From Nitrospirota bacterium (GTDB lineage: Bacteria > Nitrospirota > UBA9217): 64,000 nt of DNA. Positions 38,919 to 49,526 of this stretch are shown in pieces. Position 1 is the first letter of the stretch. Each line of letters opens with the position of its first letter. The stretch spans positions 960,001 through 1,024,000 of the forward strand of contig CAWCKW010000012.1 of the NCBI GenBank assembly GCA_963796285.1, read 5' to 3'. Position numbers and translations under genes: made by a program. The notes below the pieces were generated by a model. The model ran no database searches, had not been told where the DNA came from, and saw nothing but the letters and a program-made list of their open reading frames with translations.

Positions 38919-40028
38919 TTACACCATCTTCTTCTTGAATGTTCTGTTCGCGATAATAAAGACGATCACGGCGAAGAACAGGAGGAATATCGCGTCGATC
39001 ACGAGGATCCTGACCGGGTTTCCTTTAAGAAAGATGCCCTTTAACACAGTCACGAAGTAGCGCGCCGGGATCAGCCGTGAGAACCACTGAAGCGGCAGCG
39101 GCATGTTCGAGATCGCGAACATGAATCCCGACAGAAGAAACGCCGGAAGAAACGTAGCCACCATTGCGACCTGGCTTGCGACAAGCTGGGACTTCGCCAC
39201 GATGGAAATGACGATGCCGAGCCCGAGGGCGCCAAAAAGAAAAACACTTGAGACAACAGCAAGTATGAAAACATTGCCTTTCAGGGGCACTTCGAAGAGA
39301 AAGACGGCCATCAATACGGAAATGACCATATCAATGAACCCGATGAGGAAATAAGGGATCAGCTTTCCGAGGACCACCTCCGGTGGCTTCGCCGGGGTCG
39401 CGATCAGCTGTTCCATGGTCCCCCGCTCCCATTCCCGCGCAAAGGTAAGGGAGGTAAGCAGCGCGGCGATCACCATCATGATGACTGCTATCAGGCCGGG
39501 GATGATGAAGTTTCTCGATTTGAGTTCCGGGTTGTACCAGACGCGGACCCTGGCATCGATGAGAGGGGTGGACCGCCCGCCGGTCACACGCTGAGCGTAG
39601 ATGTCCATGAGTGCTGAAAGATACCCCAGCGCGATTGTCGCCGTATTGGAATCACTCCCATCCACCAGCACCTGGAGCTGCGCACTCCCGCCTGAGGCGA
39701 TCGTTTTAGCGAAATCGACCGGTATCGAGACCGCGACCCGCGCCTTTCCTGCATCCAGGTAGGTATCTATCTCGCGCTGGTTTTCAGCGGCACGGACGAT
39801 AGAGAAATAGCCCGACGCCGTCAGTTCGGCCGTTAGCTCCCTGCTGATGCTGCTCCGGTCGGCATCGTAGACGATCGTGGTGAGCCTGTTCACGTCAAGG
39901 GTAATGGCATACCCGAAGATGAACAAGAGCAGGACCGGCATGAGGAATGCCATGGCCAGGCTCAGCGGGTCGCGCCATATCTGAAGGATCTCTTTTTTTA
40001 TGATGGCTTTGATGCGAATGAATTTCAT
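38919..40028 (-). CDS. ABC-2 exporter permease (YbhS-like)
   Basis: KEILQIWRD, WYNP.L.S, REWERGTMEQL. Confidence 0.9.
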   Translation of the reverse strand: MKFIRIKAIIKKEILQIWRDPLSLAMAFLMPVLLLFIFGYAITLDVNRLTTIVYDADRSSISRELTAELTASGYFSIVRAAENQREIDTYLDAGKARVAVSIPVDFAKTIASGGSAQLQVLVDGSDSNTATIALGYLSALMDIYAQRVTGGRSTPLIDARVRVWYNPELKSRNFIIPGLIAVIMMVIAALLTSLTFAREWERGTMEQLIATPAKPPEVVLGKLIPYFLIGFIDMVISVLMAVFLFEVPLKGNVFILAVVSSVFLFGALGLGIVISIVAKSQLVASQVAMVATFLPAFLLSGFMFAISNMPLPLQWFSRLIPARYFVTVLKGIFLKGNPVRILVIDAIFLLFFAVIVFIIANRTFKKKMV

Positions 40029-40043
40029 ATGTTAACCAAAGGC

Positions 40044-40118
40044 GTCAGGAGCCAGAAGCCCAGAGTCAGAATTTCATGACTTGCCGTTCGGTTTTCTCCT
40101 GACTCCTGTCTCCTGCCT
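40044..40118. repeat. Bipartite heptamer inverted repeat (CAGGAGY-like / RCTCCTG-like)
   Basis: gtcaggagccagaagcccagagtcaga ... ctcctgactcctgtctcctgcct. Confidence 0.7.
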
Positions 40119-40125
40119 ACCGCCT

Positions 40126-41052
40126 TCACGCTTTCTCAATCAACGTCACGAACACGTCTTCCAGCGACGGCACGATCTTATCAACTCTTCGCACCATGAT
40201 ATTCGACTCGCCCAGTATTTTATAGATCGCCGGGACCGCAGCTTTTGCGTCCGCCACCGTTGCATGCAGCAAACTACCAAAGACCGCAGTCTCGATACCC
40301 TGTCTTTCGAGGATTTCCATTGCCTCGACGAGAAGATCCACCTCAATTTCAAGGACGTCACGGGTCATGTAGTTCTTGCGCAGCTCGTTCGGCGCCCCCT
40401 CGGCGATGATCTTTCCACGGAAAATCAGCGCCAGGCGATCGCAGTAATCGGCCTCGTCCATATAGTGTGTTGTTACAAAAACCGTGGTCCCAGCCCTGGC
40501 CATCTCGTATATCATGTTCCAGAAATTCCGGCGGGAGATCGGGTCCACACCCGAGGTGGGTTCATCCAGGAAGAGGATCGGAGGCTCATGCAGGATCGCG
40601 CATCCGAGGGCAAGGCGCTGCTTATATCCTCCCGGCAAGGTCTTGGTGAGCGCGCCTCGTTTGTCGCTGAGTCCGGCCATTTCCAGCGCCCATTCCTTAC
40701 GTGTTCCTTTTTTCGTTTCCGGGACCGTGTAAATGCCGCTGAAGAAATTAATGTTCTCTTCAACGGTAAGATCGTCATACAGCGAAAATTTCTGAGACAT
40801 GTAGCCGATGTTCTGTTTGATCTCTTCGGACTGGGTAATGATATCGTATCCGCCCACGGTCCCGGACCCGCCCGTGGGCATGAGGAGCCCGCAGAGCATC
40901 TTGATGGTCGTGGACTTGCCCGCGCCGTTCGGTCCCAGGAACCCGAAGATCTCACCCCGCGCGACCTCGAGACTGATATGATCAACGGCGGTAAAATCTC
41001 CGAAGGTGCGCGTGAGATTCCGGACAATGACGGCAATGGTGTTATTTGCCAT
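40126..41052 (-). CDS. ABC transporter ATP-binding protein
   Basis: GPNGAGKST and LDEPTSGVDP. Confidence 0.93.
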   Translation of the reverse strand: MANNTIAVIVRNLTRTFGDFTAVDHISLEVARGEIFGFLGPNGAGKSTTIKMLCGLLMPTGGSGTVGGYDIITQSEEIKQNIGYMSQKFSLYDDLTVEENINFFSGIYTVPETKKGTRKEWALEMAGLSDKRGALTKTLPGGYKQRLALGCAILHEPPILFLDEPTSGVDPISRRNFWNMIYEMARAGTTVFVTTHYMDEADYCDRLALIFRGKIIAEGAPNELRKNYMTRDVLEIEVDLLVEAMEILERQGIETAVFGSLLHATVADAKAAVPAIYKILGESNIMVRRVDKIVPSLEDVFVTLIEKA

Positions 41053-41082
41053 GTCCCCTGCTCCTTGTCCCGCGACCCGGCA

Positions 41083-42003
41083 TTACTTCTCCACCATCGA
41101 TATAAATACGTCCTCCAGCGAAGGAAGAATGTCCCGGAAGTCCTTTACGTCAATGCCGGCATGCCTGAGCTGGGCAACGACTTCCGCGGGGTTCATTTTT
41201 TTCTCAAGGGTGATATGCAGCCTGTCGCCATAGAGGCTGACGCCGTGGACACCGCCCATGCGCCGCACGAGTACCAATGCCGAACGAGCGTTGTCGGACC
41301 ATACTTCGATCATGGGTTGACCAAGAGAGTTCCTGACGTTCTTCGGCTCGTCCTCTATCAAGATTTTTCCATTATGCATCAGACCGATCCGCGAACATCT
41401 CTCAGCCTCATCGAGATACGCTGTGGAAACGAGGATCGTAACGCCTTCTTTCAAGAGGTCATACAGGATCTTCCAGAAGTCCCTGCGAGACACCGGGTCC
41501 ACCCCGTTCGTAGGCTCGTCGAGAAAAAGTACTTCAGGCGTGTGAATGAGCGCGCATGCGAGACCGAGCTTCTGTTTCATCCCGCCCGATAGTTTTCCTG
41601 CAAGACGCTCCTTGAAGGGAGTAAGGTTGCTGAAGCCAAGAAGACGTTCGATTCGCGGTGGACGTTCTTTTTTCGGCACATCGTACAGATCGGCATAAAA
41701 GATGATGTTCTCCATTACGGTAAGATCTTCATAGAGACCGAATCGCTGTGACATGTACCCGATCTTCTCTTTGATAAGCTCACCTTCGCTCAGGATGGAA
41801 TGCCCCGCTACCCATGCGTCGCCCGATGTCGGGTCCATGATCGCGGTCAAAAGGCGCATGATCGTGCTCTTGCCCGCTCCGTCCGGGCCCACGAGACCAT
41901 AGAGCTCGCCTTTTCGTATATCGAGATTGAGATCGTTGACGGCAATGGTATTGTTGAAGGATTTGGTGAGGCCGGATGTTTTGATTGCCGCCGTTGAATT
42001 CAT
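41083..42003 (-). CDS. ABC transporter ATP-binding protein
   Basis: GPDGAGKST, LSGGMKQ, LDEPTNGVDP. Confidence 0.93.
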   Translation of the reverse strand: MNSTAAIKTSGLTKSFNNTIAVNDLNLDIRKGELYGLVGPDGAGKSTIMRLLTAIMDPTSGDAWVAGHSILSEGELIKEKIGYMSQRFGLYEDLTVMENIIFYADLYDVPKKERPPRIERLLGFSNLTPFKERLAGKLSGGMKQKLGLACALIHTPEVLFLDEPTNGVDPVSRRDFWKILYDLLKEGVTILVSTAYLDEAERCSRIGLMHNGKILIEDEPKNVRNSLGQPMIEVWSDNARSALVLVRRMGGVHGVSLYGDRLHITLEKKMNPAEVVAQLRHAGIDVKDFRDILPSLEDVFISMVEK

Positions 42004-42057
42004 AATATCGTCACACTCAGTACTCTTTATGCTCAACCCTGGATCCTGATCGCTCTG

Positions 42058-42885
42058 CTATCTAAAATGGATCCTCACATCCGCCGGCATACCCGGTTTC
42101 AGCTCATTGTTCTGGTTCGTCACGCTCACCTTGACGCCGAATACGAGCTTTACTCGTTCTTCCTTGGTTTCCACATTCTTCGGAGTAAACTCAGCATCGG
42201 ACGAAATATACGTCACTATTCCCTCGTATTGTTTATTGGGAAACGAATCGACCACGACGTCGGCCTTCTGTCCGAGTTTAACGGCACCAAGCTCGTCTTC
42301 TTTCACATAGACCTTCACCCACGGATGTTCGAGGTCGCCGATGGTAATTACCATCGTACCTGCCCCGACCGTTTCACCTTCCTCAATATTCTTTCTGAGC
42401 ACTACGCCGTTTAAGGGCGCGTACATGACCGAATCCTTCAGCTTTACTTCCGCGGTCCGGAGTGACGCACGGGACAATTGGAGCTGCGATACGGCCACGT
42501 CGTAGGAGGACTTGGCTGCGTCCATCTGCTGGGACGCAATGACGCCGTCACGGTACAGTAACGCGTACCGCTCATGGTCCTTGCGTGCTTTTTCGAACTG
42601 GGCTTCGGCGTTCTTCACCGTGGCCTTGCTTTGATTGACCATGCTTTCAAGCTCAGCACTGTCGAGTATCGCTATCTTCTCGCCGTTGGTCACGGTCCTG
42701 CCCTCGTCAGTATACAGGGTCTGGACCCTGCCGGGGATCTTGAAACTCATATTTACCTCGGTCACCTCGACATTGCCCGAGAGCGTTAGTGTGCCCTGGT
42801 CACGGGTATTCCCCAAGCGGAGGAACACAATCAAGGCAACGCCGGCGATCAGGACGATCCCGGCCATAATCAGTCTTCTTTTCAT
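42058..42885 (-). CDS. HlyD-family membrane fusion protein (YbhG-like)
   Basis: SGNVE, AEFTPKNV, LKPGMPAD. Confidence 0.9.
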   Translation of the reverse strand: MKRRLIMAGIVLIAGVALIVFLRLGNTRDQGTLTLSGNVEVTEVNMSFKIPGRVQTLYTDEGRTVTNGEKIAILDSAELESMVNQSKATVKNAEAQFEKARKDHERYALLYRDGVIASQQMDAAKSSYDVAVSQLQLSRASLRTAEVKLKDSVMYAPLNGVVLRKNIEEGETVGAGTMVITIGDLEHPWVKVYVKEDELGAVKLGQKADVVVDSFPNKQYEGIVTYISSDAEFTPKNVETKEERVKLVFGVKVSVTNQNNELKPGMPADVRIHFR

Positions 42886-43057
42886 ACTTATGTCCCCCTC
42901 ATCAGTTGCTGAATATATTATAGCAGGGAAACCTTTTTTTTAACATCGGAGATATTGCCGGGGCATTCTGTTTTTTCAACTTCTCAGCTTCATCTTGCGG
43001 TGTAAATCAAAGATATTTTAATTTGCACGGGCAACTGATTACTTATATAATGGCGAT

Positions 43058-43630
43058 ATGAACAACGATAACATGCAAACAACGTTCGAAGTTCGGATCA
43101 AGCACTGTCTGATACTGGTCATTGCCTTGTTCACTGCGTTTGCACCTCTGCTCTTGCATGGACAATCCATTCCCAAACCAGCGCTTCAGGAAGTCCAGGT
43201 GATCAAGGTGCACGACGGCGATACCGTTACGCTTATGATCAACGGGAGGATGCGAAAGACCCGCCTCATCGGAATCGACGCGCCGGAGATGAACCAGCGT
43301 CCCTGGGGAAGACGCGCCAAGGAACATCTGATCGATATCTTGAACCATACGGACTGGCTGGTGGCCGTGGAAACGGACGTGGTGACAATTGACAAGTACG
43401 GCAGGTCCCTCGTCTATCTCTGGACGAAGAACAAGGAACTGATAAACGAACGGATGGTACTGGACGGCTATGCGGTTCTGTTCACCATAAGACCGAACAG
43501 CACATACGCCGATCGATTCAGGAAAGCAGAGCAGTACGCGCGGGGCGAGAGACGAGGCATCTGGGGACCGGACGGTTTGAAGGAAATCCCGCTAGAGTAT
43601 AAGAAAAAGCACCCGAGGAAACAGTATTGA
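43058..43630 (+). CDS. Thermonuclease (SNase family), exported
   Basis: VHDGDT, RLIGIDAPE, DKYGR, RGIW; upstream TTGCAC-17nt-TATAAT. Confidence 0.92.
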   Translation: MNNDNMQTTFEVRIKHCLILVIALFTAFAPLLLHGQSIPKPALQEVQVIKVHDGDTVTLMINGRMRKTRLIGIDAPEMNQRPWGRRAKEHLIDILNHTDWLVAVETDVVTIDKYGRSLVYLWTKNKELINERMVLDGYAVLFTIRPNSTYADRFRKAEQYARGERRGIWGPDGLKEIPLEYKKKHPRKQY

Positions 43631-43677
43631 CAACGTCGTGAAAAGTATTGACTCACACAATGGCCAAAATAGGGCCG

Positions 43678-43922
43678 CACTGAGCCACGAAACTCGGAGA
43701 GGGGACACCACCATAGTCAATAGCTTTTCTTTGTGCCCTTCGTGCCTCCGTGTGAATTTTTTTGTTTATAAGTTCATCAGTATTGATGAACTCGCAATAA
43801 GTCGAATTAAACCGCCGAGCACTGCCTTTTTTTAAAAGTACTTGACTAAAACAAACCAGACGAGAGGCGCAGAGATAATCCTTATTGTTTGCACGCATGC
43901 AGTTCTCCGCGTCTCTGCGGTG
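43678..43922. repeat. Cluster of degenerate 9-mer inverted-repeat elements
   Basis: cactgagccacgaa ... cttcgtgcctccgtgtg and gagaggcgcagag ... ctccgcgtctctgcggtg (same right end as 7311-7319). Confidence 0.55.
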
Positions 43923-43950
43923 GATTACAATGTTTATCAGATCGTCTCCC

Positions 43951-45381
43951 CTACCCCTTCACGCACGCCATCGGCTTGACCCGCGCCACTTTCCTCGCAA
44001 GATTCGCATGGTGCGATGAGTCCACTACCTCCGTGACATCCTTATACGACTCGGGTGCTTCCTCGGCAATACCGGAGTAGGAATGGCCCCGCACCATCAC
44101 GCCCTGTTCTTCGAGTTCCCGCACAACGTCTCTGCCGTGCCACTTTTTTTTGGCCTGCGTGCGCGACATGGCCCGCCCAGCTCCGTGGCAGGCGGAACCG
44201 AATGCTTGGGTCATTCCCTTTTCAGTGCCTACGAGGATATAGGATGAAGTCCCCATGGTGCCGCCGATCAGCACCGGCTGACCGATGTGCCGGTACTCCT
44301 GCGGAAGATCGATCTGCCCGGGACCGAAGGAGCGCGTCGCTCCCTTGCGGTGCACAAAGAGCCTTTTCTTCTTTCCGTGGACGACGTGAGTCTCCACCTT
44401 GCAGGTATTGTGGCTGGTATCGTAGAGCATCTTGATATGCCCTTCGGGAAACACCCTGGCAAAGATCTCTCTTACCAGGTGCGTGATGATCTGACGGTTC
44501 GCCAGGGCGCAGTTGATCCCGGCCGACATGGCTCCGAAATACTTCTGCCCTTCAGGAGAGTTGATCGGCGCGCAGGCCAGTTCGCGGTCCTTGATGGTGA
44601 TCTTGTATTTCTGCAACGTATACGCAAGGCTCTTCAAATAATCCGTGCCGATCTGGTGACCGAGGCCTCTGGAGCCGCAGTGCACTGAGATCACGACATC
44701 GTTTTTTCTGAGCCCCATTGCCAGCGCTGCCTGTTCGTCATATATATCCGCCACCACCTGCACTTCGAGGTAATGGTTGCCTGAACCGAGCGTACCCATC
44801 TCGCGGTACTGACGCTTCTTTGCTGTTTCGGAAACAGCGTCCGGATCAGCGCTGTCCACCCTGCCATGCTCTTCGATATACTCAAGATCATCCTTGGTTC
44901 CGTACCCTTTTTTGACGGCCCACACAGCGCCGCCTTCCAGCATCTCGTCGAGCTGGGCGGAAGACAGCTTGATAAGCCCTTCGGAGCCGACGCCTGCGGG
45001 TACCCCGGTGTAAAACTGATCCGCAAGCCTCTGGAGCCTGGGTATGACCTCTTCCCTGGTGAGGCCTGTCTTCATGGTGCGCACACCGCAGGAGATGTCG
45101 AACCCCACGCCGCCCATGGAGATGATGCCGCCTTCGTCCGGATCGAATGCAGCGACCCCGCCGATGGGGAAACCATAGCCCCAGTGCGCGTCCGGCATTG
45201 CCATCGAAGCGATCTGAATGCCGGGCAGCATTGCCACGTTCGTCACCTGCTCCCGGACCTTTTCGTCCATCTCCTGGATCAGCTTCTCGCTGGCAAATAT
45301 CCTGCCGGGTACGCGCATCTCCCCGTGTTGAGGGATCTCCCAGAGATAATCATTTATCTTATGGAATGAATTTGGGTCCAT
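43951..45381 (-). CDS. rtcB: RNA ligase RtcB
   Basis: MPDAHWGYGFPIG, DISCG, GTLGSGNHY, HRKGAT, HGAGR, EEAP..YK. Confidence 0.97.
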   Translation of the reverse strand: MDPNSFHKINDYLWEIPQHGEMRVPGRIFASEKLIQEMDEKVREQVTNVAMLPGIQIASMAMPDAHWGYGFPIGGVAAFDPDEGGIISMGGVGFDISCGVRTMKTGLTREEVIPRLQRLADQFYTGVPAGVGSEGLIKLSSAQLDEMLEGGAVWAVKKGYGTKDDLEYIEEHGRVDSADPDAVSETAKKRQYREMGTLGSGNHYLEVQVVADIYDEQAALAMGLRKNDVVISVHCGSRGLGHQIGTDYLKSLAYTLQKYKITIKDRELACAPINSPEGQKYFGAMSAGINCALANRQIITHLVREIFARVFPEGHIKMLYDTSHNTCKVETHVVHGKKKRLFVHRKGATRSFGPGQIDLPQEYRHIGQPVLIGGTMGTSSYILVGTEKGMTQAFGSACHGAGRAMSRTQAKKKWHGRDVVRELEEQGVMVRGHSYSGIAEEAPESYKDVTEVVDSSHHANLARKVARVKPMACVKG

Positions 45382-45433
45382 GTCTAATTACTCCGACTTC
45401 CCCTGCACTCCGGACTCCGACTCGGAATGATTC

Positions 45434-45844
45434 TCACACATCCACGACACACTGGGCCACATACCCGTTGTCTCGCTCTTGTACGCTTAACAGGTGGTAG
45501 GTCGCACCTTTGACCTCTACATGGGCCTGATGCCGTTCTCGGTCCAGTATCTCTCCCCATGCCGTGCCGGTGAGCGACGTGCCATTGATTTTCACTTCGA
45601 ACTTTGAAAAGACCATGCGTTCGATATCAGATAGTGACAGCAGGGCGTTCAGCCATTCCACCAGCAGGAGTTCTCTATCGGGAGCTGAAACCTTCACGAT
45701 CCTTCGCTCCTTCGGTTTCACCCGATGGATATTCACCATGACTGAATACAGTGCGATAGCGGTATTTTCAAATGCCTCTGCAATCGTTGCACCGAACCCG
45801 CGTATGCCGATGTCCGCTTCGTGATCAAAGGTCTCGTAGCGCAC
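45434..45844 (-). CDS. Archease
   Basis: YETFDHEADIG, VKGATYH, C-terminal VDV. Confidence 0.95.
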   Translation of the reverse strand: MRYETFDHEADIGIRGFGATIAEAFENTAIALYSVMVNIHRVKPKERRIVKVSAPDRELLLVEWLNALLSLSDIERMVFSKFEVKINGTSLTGTAWGEILDRERHQAHVEVKGATYHLLSVQERDNGYVAQCVVDV

Positions 45845-45862
45845 TCGCTACTCCTCACGGCA

Positions 45863-46873
45863 TCACGACCACACCCCTGCAATCGCTGCCCCGCAGAACT
45901 TGCACTTACCGTCCTTGACCATATTCTCGAGAACACTGAAACCGATCCGCCTCACAAGCCTTTTCTTACAACTCCAGCATATTGTATCTTCCCCTTCTCC
46001 GGGGATGTTTCCTTCATACACATGCCGGAGGCCTGCATCGAACCCGATCTGCCTTGCTCGTTTCAGCGTTTCGATCGGGGTTATCGGCTGGTCCGTCAGT
46101 TTGTACGTGGGATGAAATCTTGATACATGCCAGGGGATGTTCTCTCCAATAGACCTGATGAACTGCGCTATCCCCTTCAGTTCATCATCCGAATCATTAT
46201 GCCCGGGGATGACCAGTGTAGTGATCTCGATCCAGATGCCAAGTTCGTGGTAAAGCCTGATCGAGTCGAGCACAGGCTGGAGCCGTGCTCCGCATACCTT
46301 CTTGTAAAAATCGTCGGTATATCCTTTAAGATCAATATTTGCGGCATGCAAATACGGTTTGATCTCCCTGAGCGCTTCCGGCGTGATGTACCCGTTCGAT
46401 ACGAACACGTTCTTGAGCCCGGCCCTGGCTGCGAGACGCGCCGTATCATAGGCAAGTTCGAAGTAGATCGTGGGCTCGGTGTAGGTATAGGAGATGCTCG
46501 CGCAGCCGTTCTTGAGAGCAGCATCGACGATCGCGGATGGTGACACCGCCTCGCCCAGGATCATGTCTTCGCGGTCACGCGGCAGCTGCGAGATGTCGGC
46601 ATTCTGGCAGTGCTTGCAACGGAAATTGCAGCCCGGCGTCGCGATCGAGTAAGACAGGCTGCCTGGGAGGAAGTGGAAGAGCGGTTTTTTTTCAATGGGG
46701 TCGATGTGCCGGGCGATCAGCTTATCATAGACAAGCGTGTAGAGTATACCGTCCTTGTTCTCGCGCACGGAGCAAATACCCCGCTTGCCGGGAACAATGA
46801 TGCAGCGATGGCTGCACAGGCCGCACTGGACCTTCTTTGCCTCTCTTGCCTCCTGGAACATTGCCTGCTTCAT
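45863..46873 (-). CDS. amrS: AmmeMemoRadiSam system radical SAM enzyme
   Basis: C..C.HRC...G.C.VR.N, DPIEKKPL.HF.PG, CNFRCKHCQN, YTYTEP. Confidence 0.9.
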   Translation of the reverse strand: MKQAMFQEAREAKKVQCGLCSHRCIIVPGKRGICSVRENKDGILYTLVYDKLIARHIDPIEKKPLFHFLPGSLSYSIATPGCNFRCKHCQNADISQLPRDREDMILGEAVSPSAIVDAALKNGCASISYTYTEPTIYFELAYDTARLAARAGLKNVFVSNGYITPEALREIKPYLHAANIDLKGYTDDFYKKVCGARLQPVLDSIRLYHELGIWIEITTLVIPGHNDSDDELKGIAQFIRSIGENIPWHVSRFHPTYKLTDQPITPIETLKRARQIGFDAGLRHVYEGNIPGEGEDTICWSCKKRLVRRIGFSVLENMVKDGKCKFCGAAIAGVWS

Positions 46874-46923
46874 GGTCTGCCGCCTCCTGGTGAATTCGGT
46901 TTTCCTGCGCCTTGCGGCACAAC

Positions 46924-47697
46924 CTACGGGTGCTGCAATCCCTTCTCCGTCCTGGTTTTATGATCGATCGCTTCGGCCTGTATCCGTGTCTTGCAATTTG
47001 AGCAGATGATGTCCGGGGATAGATTGCTACAGACGAGACACCGCCGGTCCGTCCCCGGTTTGATGCCTTCTGCCTCAAAGATCATCTCCAAAAACTCGCT
47101 TTCCGTCACGTGCCCTTCCATTTGCAGGTTCTCGCCGAAGATCGTCATCGGCAATTTTTTTATTTTGTGTTTTTTAATGAGCTCCGGATAATCATCGGCG
47201 ACAATGATATCGGCAGAGACATATCGGCTCTCGAGCGCCAGGCCGATGGCGGTCTCTGCCACAGGTCGGCAGAGCGGACAGTCGCTTTCCACAAAGACCC
47301 GTATCCTGACGTCATGATCAAGATGCTTCAGAACACGCCTCACATCATCCGGGAACCATACTTTTGTGCTGGACAGAGACTGTATCGTATCCAGGAGTAT
47401 ATTCAGAAAAACGTCTTCTATAAGTCCGTAAAACGTGACCATTTCGCCATCCCCGCCCTGCAGAACGATGGCCGGCACGAGTTCGATGTGGTATTGCTGA
47501 GACTTGTCACGGTCCATGACCAGATCATAGGATTCCAGCGCTATCTTGTCGAAATGTGCCTTGATGGCCTGAGCGAGTCCCAGCATGTCTGGACAGGCAG
47601 TGCAACCCTTATCGCTGGTGAAAAGGACCAGCCTGACCGGTTTGGTGAGCCGCTTTGCGGATGTTTTGATGATTTCCTGCGTTCTTTCCGATATCAT
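46924..47697 (-). CDS. Two-domain thioredoxin-fold protein disulfide oxidoreductase (AhpF N-terminal/PDO-like) with C-terminal 4-Cys tail
   Basis: CTAC and CPLC active sites; CLVC...CSNC tail. Confidence 0.75.
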   Translation of the reverse strand: MISERTQEIIKTSAKRLTKPVRLVLFTSDKGCTACPDMLGLAQAIKAHFDKIALESYDLVMDRDKSQQYHIELVPAIVLQGGDGEMVTFYGLIEDVFLNILLDTIQSLSSTKVWFPDDVRRVLKHLDHDVRIRVFVESDCPLCRPVAETAIGLALESRYVSADIIVADDYPELIKKHKIKKLPMTIFGENLQMEGHVTESEFLEMIFEAEGIKPGTDRRCLVCSNLSPDIICSNCKTRIQAEAIDHKTRTEKGLQHP

Positions 47698-48107
47698 GAC
47701 GAACACCTCAATAAAGAGATTGAACGAATATGTATATTATATCAAAGAATGACTGTCAGTAAGGTGAATAACTCATTTTATATCTTCATTGTAATGACAG
47801 ATAGCAATGGCATAGACTTGATTGACATGGATATACACGGCCTATTCAATCATCAGGAGCTGGATGCCTATCATCCTTTTGAAGAGCAATCAATTTTAAA
47901 TTTACGATTGTTTTAAAGTATCCGTGTTCGAAGAAAGAGAGCCGGGTGAACCGGTCGATAGGAGCGGATCTTCGAGAGGGCAATTGGATGGTACAAGTGG
48001 AACAGGATCAGAACCATGAAGGCGAGGTGCGCGGGAATCGGCACTGCGGCATGAAGGGCTTCGATGTCCATTCTCAAAAGAACAGCAGTGAGGACATGAT
48101 ACATGGA

Positions 48108-49472
48108 TCATTTAATCGCATACTTCTTCAGCTTATACCTGAGCACCCTCTCGCTGATCCCGAGCTTTTCCGCAGCCCTGGTCTGAACGCCGCCGGACTC
48201 TTTCAGTGCTTCCAGGATAATTCCTCGCTCGACGGTATCAAGCGTCTCGTTTAAAGAGCCTTTCAACTTCTGCGGTGAAATGCTCCCCTCGCTCGTTGCG
48301 GTCCTGATCTGTATCGGAAGGTCGGCAGTGGTAATGACTCCCTTTTTTGCCAGCACGACTGCACGCTCAATGATGTTCTCCAGCTCCCGGACGTTGCCCG
48401 GATAGTTGTATCGCATGAGCAAGTCACGCGTCTCCGCGGAAATACCAGTGATGGCCTTTTTGTTTTCACTGCTGTATTTCTTGATAAAGAGATCGAGAAA
48501 TCCCGGTATATCTTCTTTCCGATCACGCAGCGGAGGAATGACCACGGATACCACGTTGAGCCGATAGTACAGGTCTTCCCGGAAGGCCCCCTCGTTCACC
48601 GCTTTTTCAATATCGCGGTTCGTGGCGGTGATCACGCGCACATCCACCTTGATGGTCTCGTTCCCGCCAAGCCGCTCAAACTCGCGCTCCTGCAGCACCC
48701 GCAGGAGCTTCACCTGCATACCCGGCGTCAGCTCTCCGATCTCGTCAAGGAACAACGTTCCTTTGTCCGCTGCCTCGAACCTGCCGGTCCGGCGCGCGTT
48801 TGCACCGGTAAAAGCCCCCTTCTCGTGACCGAAAAGCTCGCTCTCGAGCAGCGTCTCAGGCAGGGCAGCGCAATTGACCTTGATAAGCGGGGCGTTCGCG
48901 CGTGGACTGTGGTAATGGATGGCTTTGGCCAGCAACTCTTTCCCCGTTCCGCTTTCGCCTCTGAGCAGCACGGTCGCATTGCTGGCGGCAACGCGACCGG
49001 CCATATTGAGGACCTCTTCCATGGCATGGCTGGTGCTCACGATCTCATCGAACGTGTAACGCTTGATCAGCAATTCCTTTAATTCGGTATTCTCCCGGAT
49101 CAGGTCCCGCCGCTCGGAGATGCGTTCGATAAGCACGACGAGCTGCTCCAGATCAATGGGTTTGGGGAGATAATCGTACGCGCCGGCCTTGATCGCCTTT
49201 ACAGCCGTCTCGATCGAGCCGAACGCGGTCATGATGATCACCGCCATGTCAGGATTGACCCTGCGCGCCTCGTCCGATGTCCGGAGCGCGTCGACACCGG
49301 GGATGTTGCAGTCAGTCACAAAGGCATCGAACCGTTCGCGCCGGACCGCGTCCATGGCCTCCTGCACCGTGGCAACGGCAAGTACGTCATACTGCTTCTG
49401 CGTGAGATAATCTCCGATGCGCTTCCGTTCCCCCTCCTCATCGTCCATGATCAGTATTCGAGCTTCTTGCAT
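48108..49472 (-). CDS. Sigma54-dependent response regulator (NtrC/AtoC family)
   Basis: Receiver domain, GESGTGKE, GAFTGA, FIS-type HTH. Confidence 0.95.
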   Translation of the reverse strand: MQEARILIMDDEEGERKRIGDYLTQKQYDVLAVATVQEAMDAVRRERFDAFVTDCNIPGVDALRTSDEARRVNPDMAVIIMTAFGSIETAVKAIKAGAYDYLPKPIDLEQLVVLIERISERRDLIRENTELKELLIKRYTFDEIVSTSHAMEEVLNMAGRVAASNATVLLRGESGTGKELLAKAIHYHSPRANAPLIKVNCAALPETLLESELFGHEKGAFTGANARRTGRFEAADKGTLFLDEIGELTPGMQVKLLRVLQEREFERLGGNETIKVDVRVITATNRDIEKAVNEGAFREDLYYRLNVVSVVIPPLRDRKEDIPGFLDLFIKKYSSENKKAITGISAETRDLLMRYNYPGNVRELENIIERAVVLAKKGVITTADLPIQIRTATSEGSISPQKLKGSLNETLDTVERGIILEALKESGGVQTRAAEKLGISERVLRYKLKKYAIK

Positions 49473-49526
49473 GGGTAAATGCTCCTTAGTGCGCGATAAC
49501 ACAACATATCGCCTGCACGCCCGTTC

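Noticed and set aside
40081-41592. 503-aa plus-strand ORF
   Set aside because: Antisense shadow of two clear ABC ATPase genes, with no recognisable motifs.
43058-43630. Thermonuclease as the toxin repaired by RtcB
   Set aside because: It is convergent, has its own promoter and has an export signal; nothing links it beyond adjacency.
47913-48104. 63-aa ORF after the sigma54 regulator
   Set aside because: No recognisable motif or ribosome-binding site; it cannot be supported from sequence alone.
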